A stretch of 64,000 nucleotides of DNA from Saprospiraceae bacterium (GCA_016787575.1 JAEUUO010000036.1:1266-65265); one strand, 5' to 3'; counted from the first letter of the stretch, positions 48,582 through 59,075 are shown. Program-made: numbers and translations. Notes: generated by a model not told the origin, from the letters alone.

Positions 48582-49145
48582 ATGAAAGAAGAACTACTTA
48601 TTCAAGAATTGCGCGATGGACAGGATCGGGCATTCATTTATTTGTATCGTGAAAATTTTTCTAACACCTTTCACTATGTAACAAATAACAGCGGTACCAG
48701 TGAAGACGCGGAAGATATTTTTCAGGAAGCCTTAATTGTACTGGTTAAGAAATTGCGCGAGCAGACTTTTGAGCTGAATGTTAAGGTTTCCAGTTATCTG
48801 TACGCTGTGGCAACTAAAATGTGGCTGTATAAACTTAGAAGCCGTAAGGGAATTTATGAAAATCCTGATTTTTTGGAAAATCAGATGGATCTGAATATTT
48901 CTTTAGGCGATAGTGATAACCATGAGGCTCACTTTGCAATTGTTGAGCATACCATGTCAATTCTTAAAGAAGAATGTAGAAAAATGTTGAGCTTGTTTTA
49001 TTTTGAAAGAAAGTCAATGATTGAAATCTCCGGATTACTGGGTTATTCTCAGGATTTTGTCAAAGTAAAGAAAAGTCGTTGTATGAATGAGCTTCGTAAA
49101 AGACTGCTTCAACATGAAGAATTTCAGGATTTAATTAAAATTTAA
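48582..49145 (+). CDS. ECF-type RNA polymerase sigma-70 family factor
   Basis: Region 2 (EDAEDIFQEALIVLV...YLYAVATKMW) and region 4 (MIEISGLLGYSQDFVKVKKSRCMNELR). Confidence 0.8.
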   Translation: MKEELLIQELRDGQDRAFIYLYRENFSNTFHYVTNNSGTSEDAEDIFQEALIVLVKKLREQTFELNVKVSSYLYAVATKMWLYKLRSRKGIYENPDFLENQMDLNISLGDSDNHEAHFAIVEHTMSILKEECRKMLSLFYFERKSMIEISGLLGYSQDFVKVKKSRCMNELRKRLLQHEEFQDLIKI

Positions 49146-49152
49146 TAAGAAG

Positions 49153-49959
49153 ATGAGTTCAGAAAATAAACAATTGGATTTATTTGACCGGTATTTATTT
49201 GGTCAATTAAATACAGAGCAAAAAGCGGAATTTGAAAACTATCTGGCAACGGATGAGCTGTTTGCCCGTTCCTTTGATGTATATAAAAAAATGATCAGAG
49301 GGATACAACATGCCGAAGAAAATAAGATGCGAGTACAGATCCGTGAAATAATGAACAAAGAGAAAAGTTATTTAAATTCACATAAAACCCTAAAAAAAAT
49401 GAAAAAGTATTTTAGTTTTCGATTTGCAGCCGCAGCAGCGGTGCTTTTATTATTGTCTACCGGGATATACTTTTACCTGAATAAAGGCAATCTGGAGCAA
49501 GACTATATGGCTCAAGTTAACAAGATGGAAATTCGAGATGTAAATTCCTATATGGATCAATTGAGAGCTCCTGGTTTTGCAAAGATGGATGAAGGAAGAT
49601 TGGATAGCTTACAGGTTGCCATTGAATTGTATCAGCTTGGTAATTTTAAAGAAGCAAGAGCTAAATTTGATACCTATTTAAGGATTTATACAAATGATGC
49701 AATGGCAATTTATCACCTTGGTGAAATTGAGATGGGTGAACAGAATTATAATAAAGCAATTGAAAAATTTCAATTGGTAATCAATGATACTACTTTTGAA
49801 TTGAAGGATTATGCCCTTTTGCATTTAGGTCAATGTCTTGCATTATTTGATGGTAATCAATCTAAGAAATTAGCAGTGAAATATTTTAAAATGGTGTTAA
49901 ATCATCCCAATCCAAGATTGCATGCTATAGCCGGAGCATTAATTTCAATGTATCAATAA
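49153..49959 (+). CDS. putative anti-sigma factor, single TM, TPR-like extracytoplasmic domain
   Basis: Lies immediately downstream of the ECF sigma gene. TM helix FAAAAAVLLLLSTGIYFYL. Confidence 0.5.
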   Translation: MSSENKQLDLFDRYLFGQLNTEQKAEFENYLATDELFARSFDVYKKMIRGIQHAEENKMRVQIREIMNKEKSYLNSHKTLKKMKKYFSFRFAAAAAVLLLLSTGIYFYLNKGNLEQDYMAQVNKMEIRDVNSYMDQLRAPGFAKMDEGRLDSLQVAIELYQLGNFKEARAKFDTYLRIYTNDAMAIYHLGEIEMGEQNYNKAIEKFQLVINDTTFELKDYALLHLGQCLALFDGNQSKKLAVKYFKMVLNHPNPRLHAIAGALISMYQ

Positions 49960-49978
49960 CTTATATAAACAAAAGTTT

Positions 49979-51532
49979 ATGAATTTGAGAACCTGTTTTT
50001 TTCTAATAAGTATTCTTTGGATTTTACCTAATGCACCTGCGCGTGAATTAAGTATGGAATCTGCGAAGCAGGTGTTGGATAAGTTGTATCAAACCAATGG
50101 AAATTTGATATTTATTAAGCCTGGGATTCGGATTTCAGATCAGGAGTTTGCAGTTGCTCAATACTTATCTGGAGAAAATGTAATTGTTTTAGAGCGAAAG
50201 CTGCTTCGGCTTTGTTATGATTTTGGTCAAGATTCAATGAATGCATTGGCTTTTGTGCTTGGACATGAATTGATACATTGTAGTTCTATTCAAAGTAAAA
50301 CCAAGCATTTTCGCAGCAATTTTTTGGCTAGATCTCATGAGCATTCAACACCGGATGAAGATGAACGCATGGCAGATGTACAGGGACTCTTTTCCTGTTG
50401 GCTGGCCAATTACAATGCATCTGCCATACTTCCAGAGTTGTTGCAAGCGATTTATTCTAGTTATGGTTTGAATCATAAACTAAAGGGATATCCATCTTTG
50501 GCTGAACGTATGAATACTACCCAAGAATTAGTGGATCAGGTTAAAATTTTAACTCAAGTATTTGAAAATGCATTGTATTTAATGGCAGCACATGAATTTC
50601 AATTAGCAAGAAGTTCTTTCTTATACCTGGAAAAATTTTACCCCAGCTATGAAATATATAACAATCTCGGGGTGTGCTATTTGTTGGATGCGTTACAACT
50701 TCATAATCCATATGGTGATTATTTTTATCCAATTGTAATTGATCCCAGTTATCAGATTGAGAAACTGGCCAACCCTAGAGGAGAACAAAATGCACAAAAT
50801 GCAGCAACGCGAATTGAATATCTTAAAAGAGCACAATTTTATCTCAACAAAGCCTTACGTCTTAATTATAATTATTTTACGGCTGAACTAAATTTGATGT
50901 GTGTTCAAAATTTGTTAGGGAACAGCAAGGAAGTTATCACTAAATATAAGGAAACTGAATTGGCAAAACGCAAGCTTATGGGTGTGATTTCAGGCCTTGA
51001 GTTTAACCAGGGAAGGGCAATATTGGCGTTGGCATATCTGAATGCACATCAATCTGAAAATGCATTAATACTATTTGATAAAATCATACTGCATTCAGCA
51101 GATAGTTTTTTAGTAAGGCAAACCAGATGCAATAAAGCATTGCTTACAAAACATATTTGCTTTATGGAGTCTGAAAAAATGAGTGTAGAAATGGTAAACT
51201 CAAAACGTTTGGTTGATGGAGTTAAACTCCACAGGCAAATTTATATTGGGCACCAAATTTCATTAATTGATCAATTTGAATTGGCTATTAAAACAATGCC
51301 AGAATCAACGGTTTATATTTACTCAAATAACAAACAAGTTCAATTTGCTATGCAACGTATGTCTAATAGTAATTTTTACAATAAATCGGTAAAACTAAAT
51401 TCCGGGAATTCCTTGTTAAGGTTAAAATCAAATTCATTAGTTAATTACAAAATCAACAACTTGATTTTTATGGTCAATAATGCAAATGAAAAAATCAAAG
51501 AAGTTGTTTACTACAATTCGTATAGAACGTGA
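49979..51532 (+). CDS. secreted HExxH-motif protein with TPR-like region
   Basis: Signal peptide. VLGHELIHC is a candidate zinc-metalloprotease motif. Confidence 0.45.
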   Translation: MNLRTCFFLISILWILPNAPARELSMESAKQVLDKLYQTNGNLIFIKPGIRISDQEFAVAQYLSGENVIVLERKLLRLCYDFGQDSMNALAFVLGHELIHCSSIQSKTKHFRSNFLARSHEHSTPDEDERMADVQGLFSCWLANYNASAILPELLQAIYSSYGLNHKLKGYPSLAERMNTTQELVDQVKILTQVFENALYLMAAHEFQLARSSFLYLEKFYPSYEIYNNLGVCYLLDALQLHNPYGDYFYPIVIDPSYQIEKLANPRGEQNAQNAATRIEYLKRAQFYLNKALRLNYNYFTAELNLMCVQNLLGNSKEVITKYKETELAKRKLMGVISGLEFNQGRAILALAYLNAHQSENALILFDKIILHSADSFLVRQTRCNKALLTKHICFMESEKMSVEMVNSKRLVDGVKLHRQIYIGHQISLIDQFELAIKTMPESTVYIYSNNKQVQFAMQRMSNSNFYNKSVKLNSGNSLLRLKSNSLVNYKINNLIFMVNNANEKIKEVVYYNSYRT

Positions 51533-51540
51533 TTACAGAA

Positions 51541-52359
51541 TTAACGGAGATAAATTCTGCTGGTATTTTGATTGGTTCCGGAATGAATACGAAGCAAATA
51601 AATTCCTTCTGAATGTGCTTGCAACTGAATGTTTGAATCCAAACTTCCAAATTGAACTTGTTGACCATTCAATGCAGTCAGTTCGTATGAATACATAGTT
51701 GGATTTTCAATTCCTGCTATGACCAAACTGTTTGCGAACTGAAACGCTTTAAAATGTTCAAAGGAATTGTTAGATTCTTGGGTTGCTGTAGGAATTTGAA
51801 AAACAACCGTCTTTAAACTTTTAATGGAGTTGTCCTTGCTTTTATCGCCATCTCCATTAGCGAGCATTCCGGCAAAATAAAAAGTCAGTTTGTTGTCAGT
51901 AACACTTGCAGGTGCTTTCCATTTAAAAGTCCAGCTAACCATTCCGTTATTAAAGTTTTTTGCTAAAGCTTGACGAGCATAAGTTCTGCCGGTAGTATTG
52001 TCTTTTGCAACATTTACATCCGTATTGCCAGTTAGTGTACCTGTAAATTTATTATTGACATCGAGTGAAGTAAGCTGAAAACCAGATCGAATTGCATCTG
52101 AACTGTTGGTAAGTGTAAGGTTGTAAGTTTGATCTGCTAATACCGTGTCTGGAATGCCACTAATTGAAATAACGCCTGTAAATGCACCTCCTGAATGGCA
52201 TCCTGTCAACATACAGGATGTTTCTCCCGGCGCACCAGAATTGCCTAAAGGAGGATTTCTGGGTTCAGGCAATGAGTTAACAAATAATTCAAAAATGAAT
52301 ATGCAGCCTAATAAGCTGATGTAAGTAGTTTTTTTCACTTGAAGCAATAATTTGAGCAA
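51541..52359 (-). CDS. T9SS-sorted protein with N-terminal GxPGE..C...GCHSGG motif
   Basis: C-terminal EGIYLLRI...IYLR sorting-domain-like tail. N-terminal cysteine/histidine motif. Confidence 0.5.
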   Translation of the reverse strand: MLKLLLQVKKTTYISLLGCIFIFELFVNSLPEPRNPPLGNSGAPGETSCMLTGCHSGGAFTGVISISGIPDTVLADQTYNLTLTNSSDAIRSGFQLTSLDVNNKFTGTLTGNTDVNVAKDNTTGRTYARQALAKNFNNGMVSWTFKWKAPASVTDNKLTFYFAGMLANGDGDKSKDNSIKSLKTVVFQIPTATQESNNSFEHFKAFQFANSLVIAGIENPTMYSYELTALNGQQVQFGSLDSNIQLQAHSEGIYLLRIHSGTNQNTSRIYLR

Positions 52360-52399
52360 TACCTAAGCAATACGACGGATTTATAAATCCGGTTGCTTG

Positions 52400-53287
52400 T
52401 TAAATTTTATTTTTCTTTAATTGAAATACACGGGATAGATTAAATCCAAATTGGATATCTCCATCTAACCACGAACCGTTTTCTTCATTTATATAAGCAC
52501 GTTCATTCATTCCATTAGCATTTGAAAAATGAAGTTGAAATACGTGTCCGCCCGTTTCAATATCCACCCCAATCGAAAGTGGATTGTTTGAGTAATCAAT
52601 TGGAAAACTATTAAAAGGTAAGGAATAATCTACTACAACGGCCATTCGTTTGGTAATTTTACAACGACCTCCAACACCAAGGGCATAAATATTATTTGGG
52701 ATCAGTTGATTGTCTACAATATTGTCATGAACCAGGATTGGACTAACTTGAACTGAGATCCGTTCATTTATTTTTCTGCCAATTACCAATTGATGGTAAT
52801 AGGCCAATCTTCTTGCAAACGTAACTTTTAACTCCGGATCTGATAATGGATTCTTTAATCCATTCCGGATAATTCCGGATGTCCAGATCACACTTAATGG
52901 AAACGATTTGGCACCTGTTGATTGCCAAAAAATCCGATAACGTAAGAAACCATCCAACTCTTTTTTAAAGGTACTTCTGCCAATACCAACCGTCATGTTT
53001 TTTGTGATGCCGTAATCAAAACCCATACGCATACTGGCTTGATCTAAGCCAAAAAACTCCTGATATCCCTGACTTACCGGACCGAAACGATGCAATATTC
53101 TAAAGTCTAATACCCCGGCACCCAGCATTTCCATGCTATGGCTGTTGATTACTCTTGGAGATTTGAACGCATTGGTAATTTTTGTGTTTTCTGGATCTGT
53201 ATTTCCCAGAGCATCCAATAAATCCTGAGAGATTAAAGAACAACTTATAAATAAAAATATAAAAAAGGAAGGTACTATTTTTTGCAT
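52400..53287 (-). CDS. outer-membrane beta-barrel protein, unknown function
   Basis: Signal peptide, alternating strand pattern, C-terminal ...GFNLSRVF. Confidence 0.5.
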   Translation of the reverse strand: MQKIVPSFFIFLFISCSLISQDLLDALGNTDPENTKITNAFKSPRVINSHSMEMLGAGVLDFRILHRFGPVSQGYQEFFGLDQASMRMGFDYGITKNMTVGIGRSTFKKELDGFLRYRIFWQSTGAKSFPLSVIWTSGIIRNGLKNPLSDPELKVTFARRLAYYHQLVIGRKINERISVQVSPILVHDNIVDNQLIPNNIYALGVGGRCKITKRMAVVVDYSLPFNSFPIDYSNNPLSIGVDIETGGHVFQLHFSNANGMNERAYINEENGSWLDGDIQFGFNLSRVFQLKKNKI

Positions 53288-53384
53288 ATAGAAACGGTTA
53301 ACGTTATAAACTTTTTATTGTCAGGGTCTGAGTACTATTTAAAGAATCGATATAAAAAACGTGTATCAAATAAATTCGTAATTG

Positions 53385-54023
53385 TTAATTGTTCTTCGCC
53401 CCATCCTGAACCCACTTCTTTATTTGTTGAATTTTACAATCTGGAAGTTTATTCCCATTCTTTGGCATATTGACGGTATTTCCATCCCGAATTATTGAAC
53501 TTATTAATGACCCATCATCTACTGTAGTTCGCACGCCATTAAAGCTATTGTAATCAACGCCTCCCTGAGGTCTTGGACCAGCATGACATCCGTTGCAGTA
53601 AAGATCCAAAATAGGTTTTACAATTCCACTGTAACTGACAAAGCTGGTATCACAGGCTTCAGCCATACAAACTGCATTTACCGCACCCTGTTCAATCCAT
53701 AACGAAATAGTCGTTATTTGTTCTTTGCTCAACCGGTCGTAAGGCTTAGGTGGCATTGGACTAAACGGATTGGTAATTACCTTGTACAATTCGCTTTTGC
53801 GATAGGAGCCAGGTTCAACCATTTTCAGGATATCGTTGAATTGGGTTAAATCATAGTCTTTTTCTCGGGTAGCAGGATTGTGACAACCTTCTCGTGCACA
53901 AGTAGATACGATTAAAGGTAAAACTTCCTGTTCAAAACAAACTTGCCTCCCATCGGAAATGTATTCATTCGTGCAAGATGAAATGCCCAGGAGCATTAAT
54001 ATATATAAGATAAATCTATTCAT
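53385..54023 (-). CDS. lipoprotein with two c-type-cytochrome-like heme motifs
   Basis: Lipobox GISSC. CNGCH (CxxCH) and CAREGCH. Confidence 0.5.
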   Translation of the reverse strand: MNRFILYILMLLGISSCTNEYISDGRQVCFEQEVLPLIVSTCAREGCHNPATREKDYDLTQFNDILKMVEPGSYRKSELYKVITNPFSPMPPKPYDRLSKEQITTISLWIEQGAVNAVCMAEACDTSFVSYSGIVKPILDLYCNGCHAGPRPQGGVDYNSFNGVRTTVDDGSLISSIIRDGNTVNMPKNGNKLPDCKIQQIKKWVQDGAKNN

Positions 54024-54145
54024 AAATGAAAAACGGATAATTTACGACTGCAAATATAAGGTGGGCAGAGAATCCTACTGAAATTGCTTCTTAAACCAAC
54101 AAAAATACCTCCCGAAGGAGGTATTTTAAAGGTTGAACGGTGGTT

Positions 54146-54757
54146 TTATTTTAATTCTTTTATAAAAACTCCATTTTCATCAAATAATAGCAATTTTCGC
54201 TTTCCATTAAAGCTTATGGCTATTACAAATTTGCCGTCATCAGTTAGTCCAGCTCGTTCGACGCTAGCCCCGGCATAATTGGCATCTATATAATTCGTAA
54301 TGTCTGAAAGCAGGGTGGTAATGTCAACAGCAGTCAAATGTTTTCCCTTACCGTGTTTGCGGTGATCCTTAGGACTTAATTCTGAGACAAAATTCCCACC
54401 GGCATCAAATAACAGCATTTTCAAACTTTTATCGGCTAATTGTATGATTACCACAATTTTACCTGCTTTTCCACTTCCGGCTCTTTTTATGGTTGCTCCA
54501 GGATAATTCACAGCAATGTAATCTAAAATCGATGGTGCTAGTGAATCAATTGGAATTTTACGACAAGAACTGTCTCGCTCTGGTCGATGCCTTTGCCCTA
54601 ATTCCAGTGCTGTGGTGCTTTCACCGGTGTTTAAGTCAGTAATTGTGATACCGTTAAGAGCTTGATCCTGACTGTTCAGATCCGAGGTATCCGTTTCTTT
54701 TTGGCATGAAGCCATCCCTATGGCACATAGTGCCAATAATCCCATAATTTTTTTCAT
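54146..54757 (-). CDS. PepSY-like (DUF2874-type) repeat lipoprotein
   Basis: Lipobox MASC. Repeated ...I..YI..NY.GA.I.RA....GK.V..I modules. Confidence 0.5.
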   Translation of the reverse strand: MKKIMGLLALCAIGMASCQKETDTSDLNSQDQALNGITITDLNTGESTTALELGQRHRPERDSSCRKIPIDSLAPSILDYIAVNYPGATIKRAGSGKAGKIVVIIQLADKSLKMLLFDAGGNFVSELSPKDHRKHGKGKHLTAVDITTLLSDITNYIDANYAGASVERAGLTDDGKFVIAISFNGKRKLLLFDENGVFIKELK

Positions 54758-54990
54758 GGTGAATAAATGATTAAGTTAAAAAATAAAAATTAGTATAGGT
54801 ATTGTGTTTCATCAAATTCAAGAGTCTCAAAAATGTTTATAATATCCATTACGAAAACTTGGATCAAAAAGTATGAATTAGGTTTAACGAAATTTTAAAT
54901 ATTTTTTTATTTTTAATTTTAAATAGAAGTAGGCAACCTCTTTATCCGTAATTTCGTAGGATTAATTAATAGGATTCAATACGGACCGAT

Positions 54991-55596
54991 TTGGCCAACG
55001 AAGAGTTACATATCAATCCGCCTGATTTGGATGAATGGATTCAGTTAAGTATTGCGCAACATCCCCTGGGTCAAAGGCGACTTTATGAGCACTTTTTCCC
55101 ATATGTTAAGAGTATTTGCCTGCGTTACACATCCCGATTGGAAGATTGTGAAGAAGTCATGGACGATTCATTTATTAAGATGTTTAAAAATCTTGATAAG
55201 TATGATTTTTCCAGGCCTTTTAAGTTTTGGTTGCGAACGGTTGTGGTAAATACGGCAATTGATTTTTACAGACAATCTACCCGTAAGATTCAATCTCAGA
55301 CTATTGATGATTATTATGATTTGAGTATTGAAGATCACACCATAAGCAATATGTCAGTTAATGAAATTATGGCTGTAATCCAAAAATTAAGTCCGTCCTA
55401 TCGTTCTGTTTTTATGATGTTTGTTGTAGATGGCTATAGCCATAAGGAAATTGGAGAGTTGCTTAATATTACAGAAGGTACTTCCAAATCCAATCTGGCT
55501 AAAGCACGAATGAAATTACAGGACATGTTGCAAAAAGAATATTCAAAAAATTCAGGAATTCCTGAATTAAAATTAAGCTTACCATCAGAAATATGA
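54991..55596 (+). CDS. ECF-type sigma-70 family factor
   Basis: Region 2 (CEEVMDDSFIKMF...FWLRTVVVNTAIDFYR) and region 4 (HKEIGELLNITEGTSKSNLAKARMKL). TTG start. Confidence 0.75.
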   Translation: MANEELHINPPDLDEWIQLSIAQHPLGQRRLYEHFFPYVKSICLRYTSRLEDCEEVMDDSFIKMFKNLDKYDFSRPFKFWLRTVVVNTAIDFYRQSTRKIQSQTIDDYYDLSIEDHTISNMSVNEIMAVIQKLSPSYRSVFMMFVVDGYSHKEIGELLNITEGTSKSNLAKARMKLQDMLQKEYSKNSGIPELKLSLPSEI

Positions 55597-56921
55597 AACC
55601 AGAAGAATTTGACCACCGACTGAATCAGAAACTGGATGAACTACATCCTGTGTTTGAAGAAAGAGACTGGAATCGCTTTTATGCAAAGTATCAATCGCAA
55701 TCACAAGTTGGAGCAAAGTATTCATCAAAAAAGAAATACTTGCTTTTATTATTGTTGTTGTTCTTTACATTAGGTGTTGCTTATCAAATGAATGCCTTTC
55801 AATGGGTGCAAGGATTGTGGAATCGTCAGAATGCGATTTCAAATCCGGTTATGGCAACCACAAAAATCCCAACTAGCAAACCACTAACGACCAAAGACCT
55901 TTCCGGTACATCTCAAGCGGAACTTTCAACAAAAAATGGTGTTGCTGATGCTGTTCATTCGATTGCAAATTCAAATTCTGATTCCAAAGTAAATGAGTCA
56001 ATTCAAAAACATTCAAATGCTAGTTCAACAATTTTTAATTCTACCGAAACTTTAAACAAAAACAAGAATATTAAATCAGGGCAAAATTCAAATAAATTGG
56101 CATTTACACATGCAATAAATAATCAATCGTTCACAACAAATAATTCTGCCGAGTTTGCAACGAGTTTAAATAAAGGAGAGCCAAATTCAGAATTAAATGC
56201 GGAGACCATTATACTTGAAAACCCAAAGCAAACAACAGAGGAGCTCTTGTTTATGGAAAATCTGGACGCTGGGCCTTTGGCAATTGATTTTAAACCTGAT
56301 TTGAATGCAAAATTTATTGAGGCCATTCACAGTTTTAAATATTCAATTGGTGCATTGACCTTGCTTACTGAAAAACATTTTAACCAGGGCATAGCATTTG
56401 AATTAAAAACTAAGAAATACATTTCATTCAGTACCGGTTTAATTCGGCAAGCTTATTTTGAGCAAGCTTACAGCGATACGTATTCTTTTTCTGAAACAAC
56501 TGCCGATGAATTTTCTGATCTGATCAAGCCTCGTCACAGTCGTTCTGAAAATATCCGTAACATTCGAATCAATTCCCGCGAGTGGTTATTGCCACTTCAG
56601 TTAAAATATTATCTGCCATTCAGTTCGAAATATGCAGCCTATTTTTCTGGAGGAATCCAGTTAACACTTTCCAGCAGAGTAAGTATGGATTTTGAGTATC
56701 TGTCGTACGTTACGCAACAAGTAATGTCTGAAAATGATTTTGACCAGGCATCCAATAGATCCACTTTAATCAATCAATTCAATTTAGGCTCTGGAATTCA
56801 AAGAAGTTTTAACAAACTTAATTGTCAGTTGGGAATTTCACTTCAAAAGAACAACAGCAACCAGTCGTTTATCAGTAAATATGAACCTGCTGTCCAATTT
56901 GGATTGTTTTATAAAATATAA
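55593..56921 (+). CDS. putative anti-sigma/membrane protein with C-terminal beta-barrel-like domain
   Basis: ATGA overlap with the sigma gene. One TM helix (LLLLLLLFFTLGVAY). Low-complexity linker. Confidence 0.45.
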   Translation: MKPEEFDHRLNQKLDELHPVFEERDWNRFYAKYQSQSQVGAKYSSKKKYLLLLLLLFFTLGVAYQMNAFQWVQGLWNRQNAISNPVMATTKIPTSKPLTTKDLSGTSQAELSTKNGVADAVHSIANSNSDSKVNESIQKHSNASSTIFNSTETLNKNKNIKSGQNSNKLAFTHAINNQSFTTNNSAEFATSLNKGEPNSELNAETIILENPKQTTEELLFMENLDAGPLAIDFKPDLNAKFIEAIHSFKYSIGALTLLTEKHFNQGIAFELKTKKYISFSTGLIRQAYFEQAYSDTYSFSETTADEFSDLIKPRHSRSENIRNIRINSREWLLPLQLKYYLPFSSKYAAYFSGGIQLTLSSRVSMDFEYLSYVTQQVMSENDFDQASNRSTLINQFNLGSGIQRSFNKLNCQLGISLQKNNSNQSFISKYEPAVQFGLFYKI

Positions 56922-56974
56922 TACCTGATTAATTCTAGATACAGGATCCTTGATTTGTAAAACAGAGCACTTGA

Positions 56975-57733
56975 TTAGCTTTTCTTTTTAAAAGCTGCGA
57001 TCGCATTTTTACTAAAATCAGATAACACCAATCGACCACTAATAGCTGCACGTTCCAATAGCTTTTGATCCCAGGAAGGACAATCTTCCCAAAATATTTT
57101 TTTAAGTTGGCGCAAAGCTTCCGGATTATAAGTTAATAAAGTTTGGATGAAATGTTCCAGATAACGATCTAATTGTTCGATGGAGTCAAACACTTCAGTG
57201 TACAGTCCTTTATCCTTTGCCCATTGGGCAGTTTGCCATTCAGCCGGACTCAATGCCATTTTTTGAAATGCTGCCAATCCCATTTTACGTTCCACAACCG
57301 GTCCAATCACAAAGGGTCCAATGCCAACTGCCAATTCACTGAGCCGAATGCTGGCATATTGACTGGCGATGGCATAATCCATTGCAGCAGCCAATCCAAC
57401 ACCACCTCCGATTGCTTTGCCGTGGATGCGTCCAATTATCGGAACCGGACAGTTTCGGATGGCAAGAATTACATTGGCAAAACCGGAAAAAAATTGTTGC
57501 CCGCTTGAAAGATCTTCAATGTTGGCCAATTCATCAAAACTTGCACCTGCACAAAAGCTTTTTTCGCCATCACTTTTCACCAACACTAAATCAACTGCAG
57601 GATTGATTCCACATTCCTGAATTTGTTGGGCCAATTGAGATAAAATTACTCCAGGTAAAGAGTTTTGTGCCGGATGAAAAAAAACGATTGTTGCAAGTCG
57701 GTTTTCAATGTTTGTTTTTACAAATGCCTCCAT
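56975..57733 (-). CDS. enoyl-CoA hydratase/isomerase family protein
   Basis: FCAGASFDEL, GKAIGGGVGLAAAMD. Start set at MEAFVK (ATG at 57733), downstream of the preceding gene's stop. Confidence 0.75.
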   Translation of the reverse strand: MEAFVKTNIENRLATIVFFHPAQNSLPGVILSQLAQQIQECGINPAVDLVLVKSDGEKSFCAGASFDELANIEDLSSGQQFFSGFANVILAIRNCPVPIIGRIHGKAIGGGVGLAAAMDYAIASQYASIRLSELAVGIGPFVIGPVVERKMGLAAFQKMALSPAEWQTAQWAKDKGLYTEVFDSIEQLDRYLEHFIQTLLTYNPEALRQLKKIFWEDCPSWDQKLLERAAISGRLVLSDFSKNAIAAFKKKS

Positions 57734-57743
57734 CTTAATTAAG

Positions 57744-58340
57744 CTATTTTTGATTTGTTTTTTTCCAGGAAATGAAATCTCCTTCAGGTGTTTTGTAATT
57801 ATCAGGACGCACCGTATAAGCTTCACAAGGTTTAATGTCCTGATGCGCATTGCGGGCTAATTCCTGATACAATTGTGTGCCTTTTGTCTTCCAGGCTAAC
57901 ATTTCATCAGAAACTTGTTTGATGATTTTTGAAGGATTTCCAACGACCAAACTCCGGGCAGGTATTTTAATTCCTTCTCTTATAAAACTAAGAGCACCCA
58001 CTATGCATGCTTCTCCTAATTCAACATCGTCCATTATGACTGCATGCATCCCTATCAAACAATTTTCTCCAATGCATGCTCCGTGTATGACAGCACCATG
58101 ACCGATGTGTGCATTTTTTTTAAGAATGGTTTGAACACCGGGAAACATATGGATTGTACAACTTTCTTGGACATTGCAACCATCTTCAATGATAATTTCA
58201 CCAAAATCTCCCCTAATTGCAGCAAAGGGTCCAATATAAACGTCTTTTCCGATGCTTACACAACCGGTTACTGCAGCTTGTGGATGCACAAATGCTGAAG
58301 GATGGATTACTGGAATAAACTCTTTATAAGAATAAATCAT
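57744..58340 (-). CDS. gamma-carbonic-anhydrase/PaaY-like hexapeptide-repeat protein
   Basis: Left-handed beta-helix repeats (IGKDVYIGPFAAIRGD..., IGHGAVIHG..IGENCLIG). Confidence 0.7.
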   Translation of the reverse strand: MIYSYKEFIPVIHPSAFVHPQAAVTGCVSIGKDVYIGPFAAIRGDFGEIIIEDGCNVQESCTIHMFPGVQTILKKNAHIGHGAVIHGACIGENCLIGMHAVIMDDVELGEACIVGALSFIREGIKIPARSLVVGNPSKIIKQVSDEMLAWKTKGTQLYQELARNAHQDIKPCEAYTVRPDNYKTPEGDFISWKKTNQK

Positions 58341-58395
58341 ATTGTAAGTATTTGCAAATGTAGGTCGGTCAGTGTAATTTTATCAAAAAAAAAGA

Positions 58396-59067
58396 ATGAG
58401 TAGCTACTTCACAAAAAAATGCACCGATTTTTTAAAAGATTTGAGCCTGAATAACAATAGAGAATGGTTTAATGAACACAAAGAAACGTTTAAGGAATTT
58501 GTTGAAAAGCCATTCCATCAATTCATTGAAGATCTGATTGAGCAATTGCGCGAATTGGATCCTAAAATTCAAATTACTTCCAAAGAAGCAGTGTTCAGAA
58601 TTTACAAAGACATCCGGTTTAGCAAAGACAAAACACCTTATAAAGAATATATGGCGGCTCTGATATCAAAAAACGGACGCAAAGATCATTCGACTCCAGG
58701 ATTGTACCTTGAATTACAGAAGGACTGCATACAGATTTATACAGGAGTTTATGAGCCTAATAAGGAGCAGTTGTCCAATATCCGTTATTTTATTGCGGAA
58801 AATTTACCAACATTCAATAAAATAATACAACAGAAGTCCTTTGTAAAAAGATACGGAAGCATTCAAGGTGAGAAAAATAAAATCATTCCTTCAGATCTTA
58901 AACAGGCAGCTGAAAAGCAAAAACTAATCTACAACAAGAATTTTTATTGCGCATGCCAACTGGATAAATCATCTATCTTCTCCGATAAATTGATCAAGGA
59001 AATAATTAGTTGTTATAAAGATGCGAAAGCACTCAATCAATTTTTTGAACAAGCTCTAAATGCTTGA
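58396..59067 (+). CDS. DUF2461 (TIGR02453) family protein
   Basis: FLKDLSLNNNREWFNEHKETF...FRIYKDIRFSKDKTPYK. Confidence 0.7.
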   Translation: MSSYFTKKCTDFLKDLSLNNNREWFNEHKETFKEFVEKPFHQFIEDLIEQLRELDPKIQITSKEAVFRIYKDIRFSKDKTPYKEYMAALISKNGRKDHSTPGLYLELQKDCIQIYTGVYEPNKEQLSNIRYFIAENLPTFNKIIQQKSFVKRYGSIQGEKNKIIPSDLKQAAEKQKLIYNKNFYCACQLDKSSIFSDKLIKEIISCYKDAKALNQFFEQALNA

Positions 59068-59075
59068 TGGAGCTC

